29,652 nt of DNA from Gemmatimonadaceae bacterium (GTDB taxonomy: Bacteria; Gemmatimonadota; Gemmatimonadetes; Gemmatimonadales; Gemmatimonadaceae): assembly GCA_040902005.1 (NCBI GenBank), contig JBBDYA010000066.1, positions 1-29,652 of the forward strand, in the 5' to 3' direction. The position numbers and the translations under genes are program-made. Below are positions 19,747 through 28,384 of the stretch, piece by piece. The notes below the pieces were generated by a model that saw only the letters and a program-made list of their open reading frames with translations, was not told the origin of the DNA and did no database searches. Each line of letters opens with the position of its first letter. Position 1 is the stretch's first letter.

Positions 19747-22700
19747 ATGCGTTTCGTCGGCTCCCACGTGCGCCGCCCCGCTTCGGCGCTTGCAGCATTG
19801 GCTACGCTCGTCCTCGCCACCTGCGACCTCGACAAGATCACGAAACCCACTGACGCGAGCGGCGTACCATCCGTGGTCTTCACCATTACCGGTGGTTCCG
19901 CCGTCACGCTTGGCGGCACGTTGGGCCTCAGTGTCAGCTCGGCGGCGGACCTCACGCTCACGGAGCAGGTCTGGTCGTCAGCGAACCCCGGCGTGGCCAG
20001 CGTTGACAGCGAGACCGGAATCGTGACGGGCGTCACGGTGGGCACTGCGACCATTACCGCGCGCCTGCTGGGGCTCGAGTTGGACGCGGGCGTGGCGCAG
20101 ACGCTGGTGGTCACGGTGGGCTACAAGGGAATCCGGATCACTCCGGTCGATTCAATCGAAGGCCTCGGCCTCACGAAGGCGGTCAGCGCGCGGGGGCTCA
20201 ACGCTTCGGACGTCCCGGTGGGCTCGGCGCTCTCGGGGGTGACGTGGGTATCGCGCGACCCCACCGTGTTCGTGGTAGGGGGACTATCTGGACAGACGGT
20301 GCAGGCAAAGAAGGCGGGCCAGGCGCGACTGGTGGGCACGTTCAACGGCTTGTCTGACAGCGTGCTGGTTCGCGTGCGGCCGGTGGCGAAGCGCCTCGTG
20401 TTCCCCGACACACATTTCGTGGCAGACGCGGTGAACGCCAACCGGACCATCGTGGTGCGGGTGGACGACATGGCCGACTCCGTCATCGTGGCGCCGACCG
20501 TGACGTGGAGCGTGGCAGATGCTACCGTCGCCACGATTGGCGCGACCACCGGCGTGATCCGGTTTCTGAAGAAGGACACCACGCGCGTTTTTGCCACCGT
20601 TGACACGGTGACGCGCGGCTTGAAGGTGCGGGTAGTGCAGGCCGTCGCCTCGGTCACGAAGTTCGCGGGCGATGCCCAGACTGACACCGTCCTCCACACG
20701 CTGCCTGTAGCGCCGACGGTTACGGTGCTCGATGCCGGTGGAACGCCGGTCGCTGGGGAGACGGTGACCTTCAGCGTGGCGAGCGGCGCAGGCGCCGTCA
20801 TCACCGATTCCGTCAAGGTGACCGATGCGCAAGGCAAGGCCACGCTCGGCAGCTGGACGCTGGGAACGGTCGTGGGACCGCAGTCCATCACCGCCAGGGC
20901 TGGCACAGCCAGCGCGACCTTCACGGCCACGGCCGTGCCGGCATCGCCGAGTAAGCTCGTATTCGCCGTCCATCCGTTCTCGGCGGGGGTCGGCGCCGCG
21001 ATCGCGCCCGCGATCAAGGTCGAGGTTCGCGACTCGCTCGACAATCGGGTGACGTCCGCGACTGGGAACGTGACGCTCTCGTTCGGGACAAAACCGGACC
21101 CGTCGGCGATCCTGGGCGGAACGCTCACCGTCGCGGCGGTCGCGGGTGTTGCGACCTTCGGCAACATCACGGTGAGCACGAGCGGCGCGGGGTTTACGCT
21201 GCTGGCCAACGCGACGGGGCTCGCGGGCGCGGTGAGCAACTCGTTCGACGCCTTCGGCGTGGCAACGAAGCTCGGCCTCCTCCAGCAGCCAGTTGGGTCG
21301 TCGGCCGGCGGCATCATGCAGGAAGTTCGGGTCGCCATTCAGGACGCTCAAGGGGCCACGGTCACGAATGCCACTGATAGTGTGACGATCGCCCTGGGCA
21401 ATCCCGGCAGCGCGGTCTTGAACGGCACAAAGAAGGTGAAGGCGGAAAACGGAATCGCGTATTTCAATAATCTCAGCGTGAACACGGCCGGATCCGGCTA
21501 CACGCTGATAGCGTCAGCGCCTTCCCGCACATCAGTTACCAGCAACACGTTCACCGTCTCCGTGGTCGGAACACCGACAGCACTTGCCTTCTCGGTGCAG
21601 CCGTCGAACGGTACCGCTGGTCAGGCGATCAGTCCCGCAATCACGGTGCGTGTGCTGGACCAGAACGGCGCGGTCGTCACGAATTCGACGCAGCAGGTTG
21701 CGCTGTCGCTCCAGAGCGGCCAGCAGCTTTCCGGTGCCATTGCGGTGAACGCGGTCGCCGGCGAGGCGACGTTCAGCAACCTCATCGTCAACAGCGCGGG
21801 AACCGGTCTCAAGCTCGTTGCCGCCGCGGCAGGCTCGGCGACCATCGCCGGTACGACGAGCACCGCGTTCGACGTTTCGGCGGGAGCAGCTTCGTCTCTC
21901 CAGTTCTTCCAGCAGCCCACGCACACGCCCATCGGGCAGGTGATTGCACCTGCAGTCACTGTCCGTGTGACGGATGCGCAGGGGAACCTCGTGGCGTCTC
22001 ACCCCGCCACGCCCGTGGCGCTGACGCTCGGGAATGGGTGCAACGCGTCGAGTCTGTCTGGTGGCGGCGCCGTGTCAACGGCCAACGGGATTGCCACGTT
22101 CAGCAGCCTCTCGATATCCGCGCTCGGCTCGAGCTGCCTGCTCACCGCAAGCGGGACAGGGCTGGCCTCCGGCACCAGCGAGTTTTTTGCGGCGGTGGCT
22201 GCGAACGGCCCGGTGCAGCTGGGCTTCACGACGCAGCCGCCAGCAACGACGACGGCTGGCACCTCCATGAACGCCGGCACTGTTTCCTTTCAGGACGCGA
22301 GCGGAAACGCCTCATCGACAGGCACGCAGAACATCCAGATCAGGATAAGCGTTCTCTCAGGACCGGCGACGGATTTCTCCGGGTCGAGCCAGCAGAGCAC
22401 CAGTACGTCCGCGACCTTCTCCGGGATCACCTTCAACACGGCTGGCACGTACCGCCTGCTCGCCACCGCCACGGGATTCGATCCGGACACCAGCGCGGAG
22501 TTCGAGATCGTTCCAGGGGCCGCGAGCGGCCTTCGCTTCCTGACGCAACCGCACCAGATCGTTGCCGGAGTTCCCTTCTCGGAGACGATCACGGTCGCCG
22601 TGGTGGATAACCGGGGCAACACTATTCCCGGTGCGACCAACTCGATTGAGATGCGCGCTTTCCTGAACGTCAGTCCGTTCGGGGCACAGCGACTGAACAA

Positions 22701-24768
22701 CAACAATCAGACCTCCGACACGGTCCAGGCGGTCGATGGCGTGGCAGAATTCCCCGGCCTGTCGATTTATGGGGCGGGCACCGCCATTTCGCTGAATGCG
22801 AACACGCCCGGGCTCGGTGGCGCGGGAACCAACAACTTCGCCGTGCTTCCCGGACCGCTGTCGGCACTTGGGTTCAAGAGCGGGCCATCGACCGGTCAGG
22901 GATTCGCTGCCGGCAGCCTGCTCGGCACGGTCGAGGTGCAGGGACAGGATTCTGTAGGCAACGTGGTGTCGACGTTCGGCAACTCCGTCACGCTCACCCT
23001 TACGGGTGGAAACGCTGAAGCGGTGCTCAACGGCACCAAGACAGTGGCACCCGTTTCCGGCATTTCGACATTCAGCGATCTCTCGATCGAGCAAGCCGGG
23101 AACGGATATCAGCTCAGCGGCTCGGCAACGGGCGTGAGCACAGTGGTCAGCAACTCGTTCCGGATTGATCCAGGGCCGACAACGCAAATCGGATGGATCG
23201 ATCAACCGCAGAACACCTTCGCCAACGCGCCGCTCAATCCATCGGGGCAACTGCCGCGCGTGGCAAACCTCGACCAATTCGGAAACTTCGTCAGTAACGG
23301 CACCGGGATGCGCATCACGATCTTCAATCCCACGGCGGGCATGACGCTCCGGTACGACGGCGGAGCAACCACCTCGTTGGACATCAACGGTCAGTGCACG
23401 TCCAACGGATGTCCGCCCGCGGAAGTGCCGCCGGAGCTGACCATCAGCACGGACGGTACCGGTATCCAGCTGCTTGCCACGTCGCATAACACCAGCTTCG
23501 GCACCGCCACGAGCGACCCATTCGACATCGCCGCGTTTGAGACTGGGGCGCAACGCAAGCTGGCATTTATCACTCAGCCGACCAACACCAGCTACGGCGT
23601 AACCTTTACTCCGATGGTGCAGGTCGCGATCCAGGATCGGTACGGGAACTCGGACCCGACCGCGACCGACCAGGTGGGAATCTCCCTGTTTCAGAATCCC
23701 GGGGGCGCAACGCTCTTTGCCAGTTCAAACACGGCCGTGAATGGGGTGGTCTCGTACCCCTTCATGCGGCTCGACAAGGCAGGAACCGGCTACCAGCTCG
23801 CAGCAAACTCGTTCGGGTTTTCTGGTGTTATCGACGCCGGCACTTTCAATGTCACCGCGCCGGGCCTCGTAGTGCAGCACCAAGGCGTCTGCGACAAGAC
23901 CCTGAGCGGGAACACGATCTACTTCCTCGAGCACTGCGGCAGCCCCGGTTCCATCAAGTCGGTGTCGATCTACGGCGGGCTAGTTTCGACACTCGTGGCC
24001 GGAATCGCGAACCCGCAGCGGATCGCCAGTGACGGCACGAATGTCTACTGGATCGAGTCCGGCGTCAGCAACGGTCAGGGAGCGCTGAGGAAGTTCCCGA
24101 TCGCGAATCCCGCCAGCGTTGTCACAATGGCGCAGTTCCTCTCCAATACTCGGCAGGATCCCGGGGCCCTCCAGGTGGACGGCACCGGCGTGTACTTCGT
24201 CGCCAAACACAACACAAACAGCGGCGCGACCATCAAGCGCGTCGCCACCACAGTGGGCGCACCGGTTACACCGACGGACCTGTTCGAGGTGACAAGCTGC
24301 GACTTCTGCATGCCGTGGTTTGCGGCGTCCGCGGGCCAGCTCTTCTTCCTCGACGTGTTCGAAAATCGCATCAAACGGATGCCTGGAGCCGGAGGCGCTG
24401 TGACAACGCTCACGCCCGCAACGGAAGGTGCCAACACAATGCAGATGGTCGTGAGTGGCACAACTCTCATTTACACGCAGCAGACGAATCTCAAGACGCT
24501 CTCTGGCGCCACGACCGCCACCGGAGAGATCACGCCCGTGCCTCAGATCGAAACCGGCGTCAATTTCCGGAGATGGCGACTCGACGGCGACTTCTTGTAC
24601 ACGGACGACGGCAATGTACTGAAGCGCTATTCGACCCTGAATTTCGGCGATGTGAAGACGTACGGCATCACTCTGACCGGCAACAACGCGAGTCTGCTTA
24701 CGAACGAAACGGATGTCTTCGTCCATGCAGATAGCAACGGTCACCACCTCACCAAAACAGCCAAGTGA
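19747..24768 (+). CDS. Large (1673 aa) Ig-repeat surface lipoprotein/adhesin with a C-terminal beta-propeller
   Basis: ATG 19747 with upstream AGGA; lipobox-like LATC; Big_2/Big_1-like N-terminal domains; nine ~105-aa repeats starting L(x)F(xx)QP; C-terminal propeller blades (IASDGTNVYW, QVDGTGVYF, AASAGQLFF, VVSGTTLIY, RLDGDFLY). Confidence 0.85.
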   Translation: MRFVGSHVRRPASALAALATLVLATCDLDKITKPTDASGVPSVVFTITGGSAVTLGGTLGLSVSSAADLTLTEQVWSSANPGVASVDSETGIVTGVTVGTATITARLLGLELDAGVAQTLVVTVGYKGIRITPVDSIEGLGLTKAVSARGLNASDVPVGSALSGVTWVSRDPTVFVVGGLSGQTVQAKKAGQARLVGTFNGLSDSVLVRVRPVAKRLVFPDTHFVADAVNANRTIVVRVDDMADSVIVAPTVTWSVADATVATIGATTGVIRFLKKDTTRVFATVDTVTRGLKVRVVQAVASVTKFAGDAQTDTVLHTLPVAPTVTVLDAGGTPVAGETVTFSVASGAGAVITDSVKVTDAQGKATLGSWTLGTVVGPQSITARAGTASATFTATAVPASPSKLVFAVHPFSAGVGAAIAPAIKVEVRDSLDNRVTSATGNVTLSFGTKPDPSAILGGTLTVAAVAGVATFGNITVSTSGAGFTLLANATGLAGAVSNSFDAFGVATKLGLLQQPVGSSAGGIMQEVRVAIQDAQGATVTNATDSVTIALGNPGSAVLNGTKKVKAENGIAYFNNLSVNTAGSGYTLIASAPSRTSVTSNTFTVSVVGTPTALAFSVQPSNGTAGQAISPAITVRVLDQNGAVVTNSTQQVALSLQSGQQLSGAIAVNAVAGEATFSNLIVNSAGTGLKLVAAAAGSATIAGTTSTAFDVSAGAASSLQFFQQPTHTPIGQVIAPAVTVRVTDAQGNLVASHPATPVALTLGNGCNASSLSGGGAVSTANGIATFSSLSISALGSSCLLTASGTGLASGTSEFFAAVAANGPVQLGFTTQPPATTTAGTSMNAGTVSFQDASGNASSTGTQNIQIRISVLSGPATDFSGSSQQSTSTSATFSGITFNTAGTYRLLATATGFDPDTSAEFEIVPGAASGLRFLTQPHQIVAGVPFSETITVAVVDNRGNTIPGATNSIEMRAFLNVSPFGAQRLNNNNQTSDTVQAVDGVAEFPGLSIYGAGTAISLNANTPGLGGAGTNNFAVLPGPLSALGFKSGPSTGQGFAAGSLLGTVEVQGQDSVGNVVSTFGNSVTLTLTGGNAEAVLNGTKTVAPVSGISTFSDLSIEQAGNGYQLSGSATGVSTVVSNSFRIDPGPTTQIGWIDQPQNTFANAPLNPSGQLPRVANLDQFGNFVSNGTGMRITIFNPTAGMTLRYDGGATTSLDINGQCTSNGCPPAEVPPELTISTDGTGIQLLATSHNTSFGTATSDPFDIAAFETGAQRKLAFITQPTNTSYGVTFTPMVQVAIQDRYGNSDPTATDQVGISLFQNPGGATLFASSNTAVNGVVSYPFMRLDKAGTGYQLAANSFGFSGVIDAGTFNVTAPGLVVQHQGVCDKTLSGNTIYFLEHCGSPGSIKSVSIYGGLVSTLVAGIANPQRIASDGTNVYWIESGVSNGQGALRKFPIANPASVVTMAQFLSNTRQDPGALQVDGTGVYFVAKHNTNSGATIKRVATTVGAPVTPTDLFEVTSCDFCMPWFAASAGQLFFLDVFENRIKRMPGAGGAVTTLTPATEGANTMQMVVSGTTLIYTQQTNLKTLSGATTATGEITPVPQIETGVNFRRWRLDGDFLYTDDGNVLKRYSTLNFGDVKTYGITLTGNNASLLTNETDVFVHADSNGHHLTKTAK

Positions 24769-24828
24769 TGACGGTGTGCACAGCAGCTCGATCAGCATTT
24801 CCGCACGTGAACAAGGAATGAACGCGCC

Positions 24829-26679
24829 ATGACCCAATCGACCACATCCGCCTGTCCCAAGTGCCGCGCACCCATCGCCACCGGAGCGCGCTTCTGCGCG
24901 AGCTGCGGCAATGACATCTCCGGTGTGTGGGGACCCGGCAGCGCGAGCGATCCGGCGCTGGGTAGCACCATCGCTGTGGAGATGGATCCCAACGTCGACG
25001 TTCTGGGCCAGATGCTGGGCGAGGCGACGATTGGCGACTACGACATCTACGGTGAGCTGGGCCGCGGCGGCATGGCAGCCGTGTACCTCGGACTGGACCT
25101 GGCGCTCAACCGCAAGGTGGCGATCAAGACCATGCTCCCCGAGCTGATCGCGCGCGAAGGCATGGTCTCGCGTTTCAAGCGCGAGGCGCAGACGTCCGCG
25201 GCGCTCAGCCACCCGCACATCATCCAGATCTATACCGTCAAGCAGAGCGACAAGCTGGTCTACTTCGTCATGAAGTTCATCGAGGGGCGATCGCTCGAGT
25301 CGGTGATCACCGACAAGGGACAGGTGCCGCTCGAGATGGCGCAGGTGATTCTCAGCCAGGTGGGCAGCGCGCTGGCATACGCGCACCGCAAGGGCGTGGT
25401 GCACCGCGACATCAAGCCCGCCAACATCATGATCGACGAAGACGGCTGGGCGATCGTGACCGACTTCGGTATCGCGAAGGTGCAGGAGGCGCAGAATCTC
25501 ACGGCGACGGGCACCGCCATCGGCACACCGCACTACATGAGCCCCGAGCAGTTCCACAACAAGTCCATCACCGGCGCGTCGGACCAGTACTCGCTGGGAG
25601 TCGTGGCGTACGAGATGCTCACGGGACGCAAGCCGTTCGACGGCGGCACGTACGCGGAGATCATCACGCAGCATCTGTTCGAACCCCCACCGGACCTGCG
25701 CGCAGTGCGCCCCGACGCGCCGGAGCACGTGGTGGACGTGATCAGGCGGATGATGGCCAAGGATCCATCGGAGCGCTTCCCGGATTGCGAAGCGGCCGCG
25801 CATGCACTCGGCCATCCGCCCACCAAGCAGGGCGGCGACGTGGTCCGCACCCAGATGATCTCGCTGGCGAAGAGCGGTCCGCAGAAGAAGATCCGGATGA
25901 GCGTTCCCATGAGCCCGATCCCGGTCACGCGGAAGGCCGCGCCGGCCGCCGCCACGGTGGCCGAGCCGCGGGGCAAGGGAAAACCGCTCCCGAAGCCGCT
26001 GGCGCAGACGCAGGTAGAGGAGAAGTCCGGCGGCGGCGCGGGTAAGTGGATCGGCATTGCCGCGGTGGTCCTCGGCCTCGCGGGTGGCGGCACGTACTAC
26101 TACATGAACTTCCTGAAGCCCAAAGCGGCCGAGACTCAACCACTGGCGGCGGCTCCTGCGGCACAGGATTCCTCAGCGTCAGCGGCGGTAGCTCCGGTGC
26201 CGGTGGACAGCGCGGCCATCGCGCAGGCTCGTAGTGACTCGATTATCCGGGCAACGGCGCTCGAGGCTATCGCAATCCGGGAAGCCGCGGATTCCGTCGC
26301 GAGAGCGCGCGAGGCGACGCGCCTCGCGGCCGCGAGGAGCGCCGAGCAGCGCAGACAGCAGGCAGCGGCGTCCACGACGCCTCCCGTCACCAGGGGAGAA
26401 ACGACGCCCGTGCAACAGCAGGCAGCCAGGGCACCGGAGCCTCAGCCGGTCGCGCGGTTCGGAACGGTCCGGCTGGGTAGCCGAACACCCAACGCGGTGC
26501 TGTACATCGACGGCGTAGCCGAGGCCGCGATATCGACGGTGCGCTTTATCAGGATTCCCGCGGCGCGTCCGGTACACTTGTCCGTACAGGCCGAGGGCTG
26601 CTCGCGTTGGGATACCACGCTCACAGTCATTCCGGACAGCACCACCACCATCGGCATGCGCACGCGGACATGTCCGTAG
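24829..26679 (+). CDS. Hanks-type Ser/Thr protein kinase with N-terminal zinc ribbon, TM helix and C-terminal PEGA-like domain
   Basis: CPKC..CASC; LGRGGMAAVY, VAIK, HRDIKPAN, DFG, GTPHYMSPEQ, DQYSLG; TM WIGIAAVVLGLAGGGTYYY; C-terminal AVLYIDG-type domain. Confidence 0.95.
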   Translation: MTQSTTSACPKCRAPIATGARFCASCGNDISGVWGPGSASDPALGSTIAVEMDPNVDVLGQMLGEATIGDYDIYGELGRGGMAAVYLGLDLALNRKVAIKTMLPELIAREGMVSRFKREAQTSAALSHPHIIQIYTVKQSDKLVYFVMKFIEGRSLESVITDKGQVPLEMAQVILSQVGSALAYAHRKGVVHRDIKPANIMIDEDGWAIVTDFGIAKVQEAQNLTATGTAIGTPHYMSPEQFHNKSITGASDQYSLGVVAYEMLTGRKPFDGGTYAEIITQHLFEPPPDLRAVRPDAPEHVVDVIRRMMAKDPSERFPDCEAAAHALGHPPTKQGGDVVRTQMISLAKSGPQKKIRMSVPMSPIPVTRKAAPAAATVAEPRGKGKPLPKPLAQTQVEEKSGGGAGKWIGIAAVVLGLAGGGTYYYMNFLKPKAAETQPLAAAPAAQDSSASAAVAPVPVDSAAIAQARSDSIIRATALEAIAIREAADSVARAREATRLAAARSAEQRRQQAAASTTPPVTRGETTPVQQQAARAPEPQPVARFGTVRLGSRTPNAVLYIDGVAEAAISTVRFIRIPAARPVHLSVQAEGCSRWDTTLTVIPDSTTTIGMRTRTCP

Positions 26680-26693
26680 TCATGAGGAGTTCC

Positions 26694-27296
26694 ATGGGAA
26701 GATTATTGCTCGTCGCCATTGCAGTGTGTCTCGCCGCTCCCTTGCCCGCACAAGTGCAGCAGGGCTCGCCAGTCACGGAGATGATGATCAGGGGGCGCAA
26801 CGCGCTGAATGACCTTCGCTACGGTGAGGCTGATTCGCTGGCGCGTCGGGTGCTCGCGCTCGGCGACCTCCTCACCAGGCAGCAGCGGATCGATGCGCTC
26901 CAGGTCAGGGCAGCTTCCGCCTATCCGGACGAAGCCGGCGCGCAGTCCACCGACAGCGCCATTGCGATCATTCGCCAGCTCGTGGCGCTTGGCGCAACCG
27001 AGGGCTTGCCGCGAGAGATGGCCTGGCCCGGGCTGGATTCGCTCTATTCGTTCGTCTCACGCGCGGCGCAGCCCGCAAAGATTCTGCTTGGCGCCCGCAT
27101 TGCCGGCGCCGTCCTGTATGTGGACGACCAGCCGCACGGCGTCATTCAGGGACTGCGCGTGGTGCAGGTGCCTGCCGGCAGATCCATCCAGCTGTCCGTT
27201 CGTGCCGAAGGATGCGCCTCCTGGGATTCAACGATCGTTACCCTGGCTGCCGATTCCATCCGAATCGGTTTTCGTAACCCGAGGTGCAGCAAATGA
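26694..27296 (+). CDS. Secreted protein: TPR-like helical domain plus PEGA-like domain
   Basis: GAGGAG SD before ATG 26694; signal peptide MGRLLLVAIAVCLAAPLPA-Q; N-domain similar to the next gene, C-domain similar to the kinase C-terminus. Confidence 0.85.
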   Translation: MGRLLLVAIAVCLAAPLPAQVQQGSPVTEMMIRGRNALNDLRYGEADSLARRVLALGDLLTRQQRIDALQVRAASAYPDEAGAQSTDSAIAIIRQLVALGATEGLPREMAWPGLDSLYSFVSRAAQPAKILLGARIAGAVLYVDDQPHGVIQGLRVVQVPAGRSIQLSVRAEGCASWDSTIVTLAADSIRIGFRNPRCSK

Positions 27297-28384
27297 TGAG
27301 ACGTATCGCCGTGACGGTTGTCGCGGTGCTCCCCCTTGCCCTGGCGCTTGCCGTGGCCCCGGTCGGTGCGCAGGTGCGCCAGCAGGGATCCCCGATCGAT
27401 GACCTGCTGGATCGGTCGAACAACGCCTACAACGACCTGGAGTATTCGCGCGCCGACACGCTGGCGCGTCAGGTGCTTGCCCTCGGCAGCAGCATCACCG
27501 TCGCGCAGCGGACGCGCGCGCTCACGCTCGTCGCCGCCGCCGCGTACCCGGACGATCCGCCGGCGCAGCGGCGTGCCGCGTCCCTCGAGGCGATTCGACG
27601 CATCGTGCGCTCCAACCTGGCGTTCTCCATGCCGCAGGAGCTCACCTGGCCTGGCTTGACCGCCCTGGTCGAGGAAGCGAAGCGCACGACCTTTGGCATG
27701 GAGGTGAACGCAGACAGTCTGCAGGTCGCGGTCGGCGTGGACGGCAGGGCCACCATACGAGCCCGATCCAGCCGTCCCGGCCGATTCCAGCTCACCATCG
27801 GACAGGAGGGTGGCTCCACCCTCGTCCGTGATTCCGCGACCACGGGCCCGGACAATGCCGTGGAGTTCCGGATTCCGGTGATGCGGAACGAGCGGCCGCT
27901 TTTCTCGTCCGCGCGATACGACGTCACCATCACGGGCATCGACGCGGCCGCTCCCGACACGGTCGTCACGCGATACGCCGTCACCGCGGACGCCCCTCCG
28001 CTCGCGTTCGCCGACGTCAACATGAAGATGGACTCGAGCAAACTGCTCGCGGAACGCACCGGTCGTTTCGGATACAAGAGCGTGTTGCCCGCGTTGCTCG
28101 TGGGCGGCGCCGCGTTCGCGCTGTCGAGCACGCTCCGGGCCGAAGGCAACATCGCGACGGAAGTCGGCGCCGACTCCAAGGGGATGGCGGTGGGCGGCGC
28201 GCTCGCGCTCACCACGATCGTGGCGGGATTCATGGACCGCGGTCGGCAGATTCCGGCCAACATCGCCGCCAACAAGGCCTACGGCGAGGCCTTCCAGAAG
28301 AGTATCGCCGACGCCGAGGCAGAGAACAGGCGACGAGTCGCTGAGTATCGAACGACGCTTCGCTTTGACCTGGGGGTCCGCTGA
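27293..28384 (+). CDS. Secreted protein: TPR-like helical domain, beta-rich middle domain, hydrophobic helical hairpin, C-terminal amphipathic helix
   Basis: ATGA overlap with the upstream stop and GAGGTG SD; signal peptide ending VGA-Q; N-domain paralogous to the 26694 protein. Confidence 0.85.
   Translation: MMRRIAVTVVAVLPLALALAVAPVGAQVRQQGSPIDDLLDRSNNAYNDLEYSRADTLARQVLALGSSITVAQRTRALTLVAAAAYPDDPPAQRRAASLEAIRRIVRSNLAFSMPQELTWPGLTALVEEAKRTTFGMEVNADSLQVAVGVDGRATIRARSSRPGRFQLTIGQEGGSTLVRDSATTGPDNAVEFRIPVMRNERPLFSSARYDVTITGIDAAAPDTVVTRYAVTADAPPLAFADVNMKMDSSKLLAERTGRFGYKSVLPALLVGGAAFALSSTLRAEGNIATEVGADSKGMAVGGALALTTIVAGFMDRGRQIPANIAANKAYGEAFQKSIADAEAENRRRVAEYRTTLRFDLGVR

Noticed and set aside
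23980..26139. 719-aa minus-strand ORF
   Set aside because: Antisense shadow of the kinase and adhesin 3' end; no domain features.
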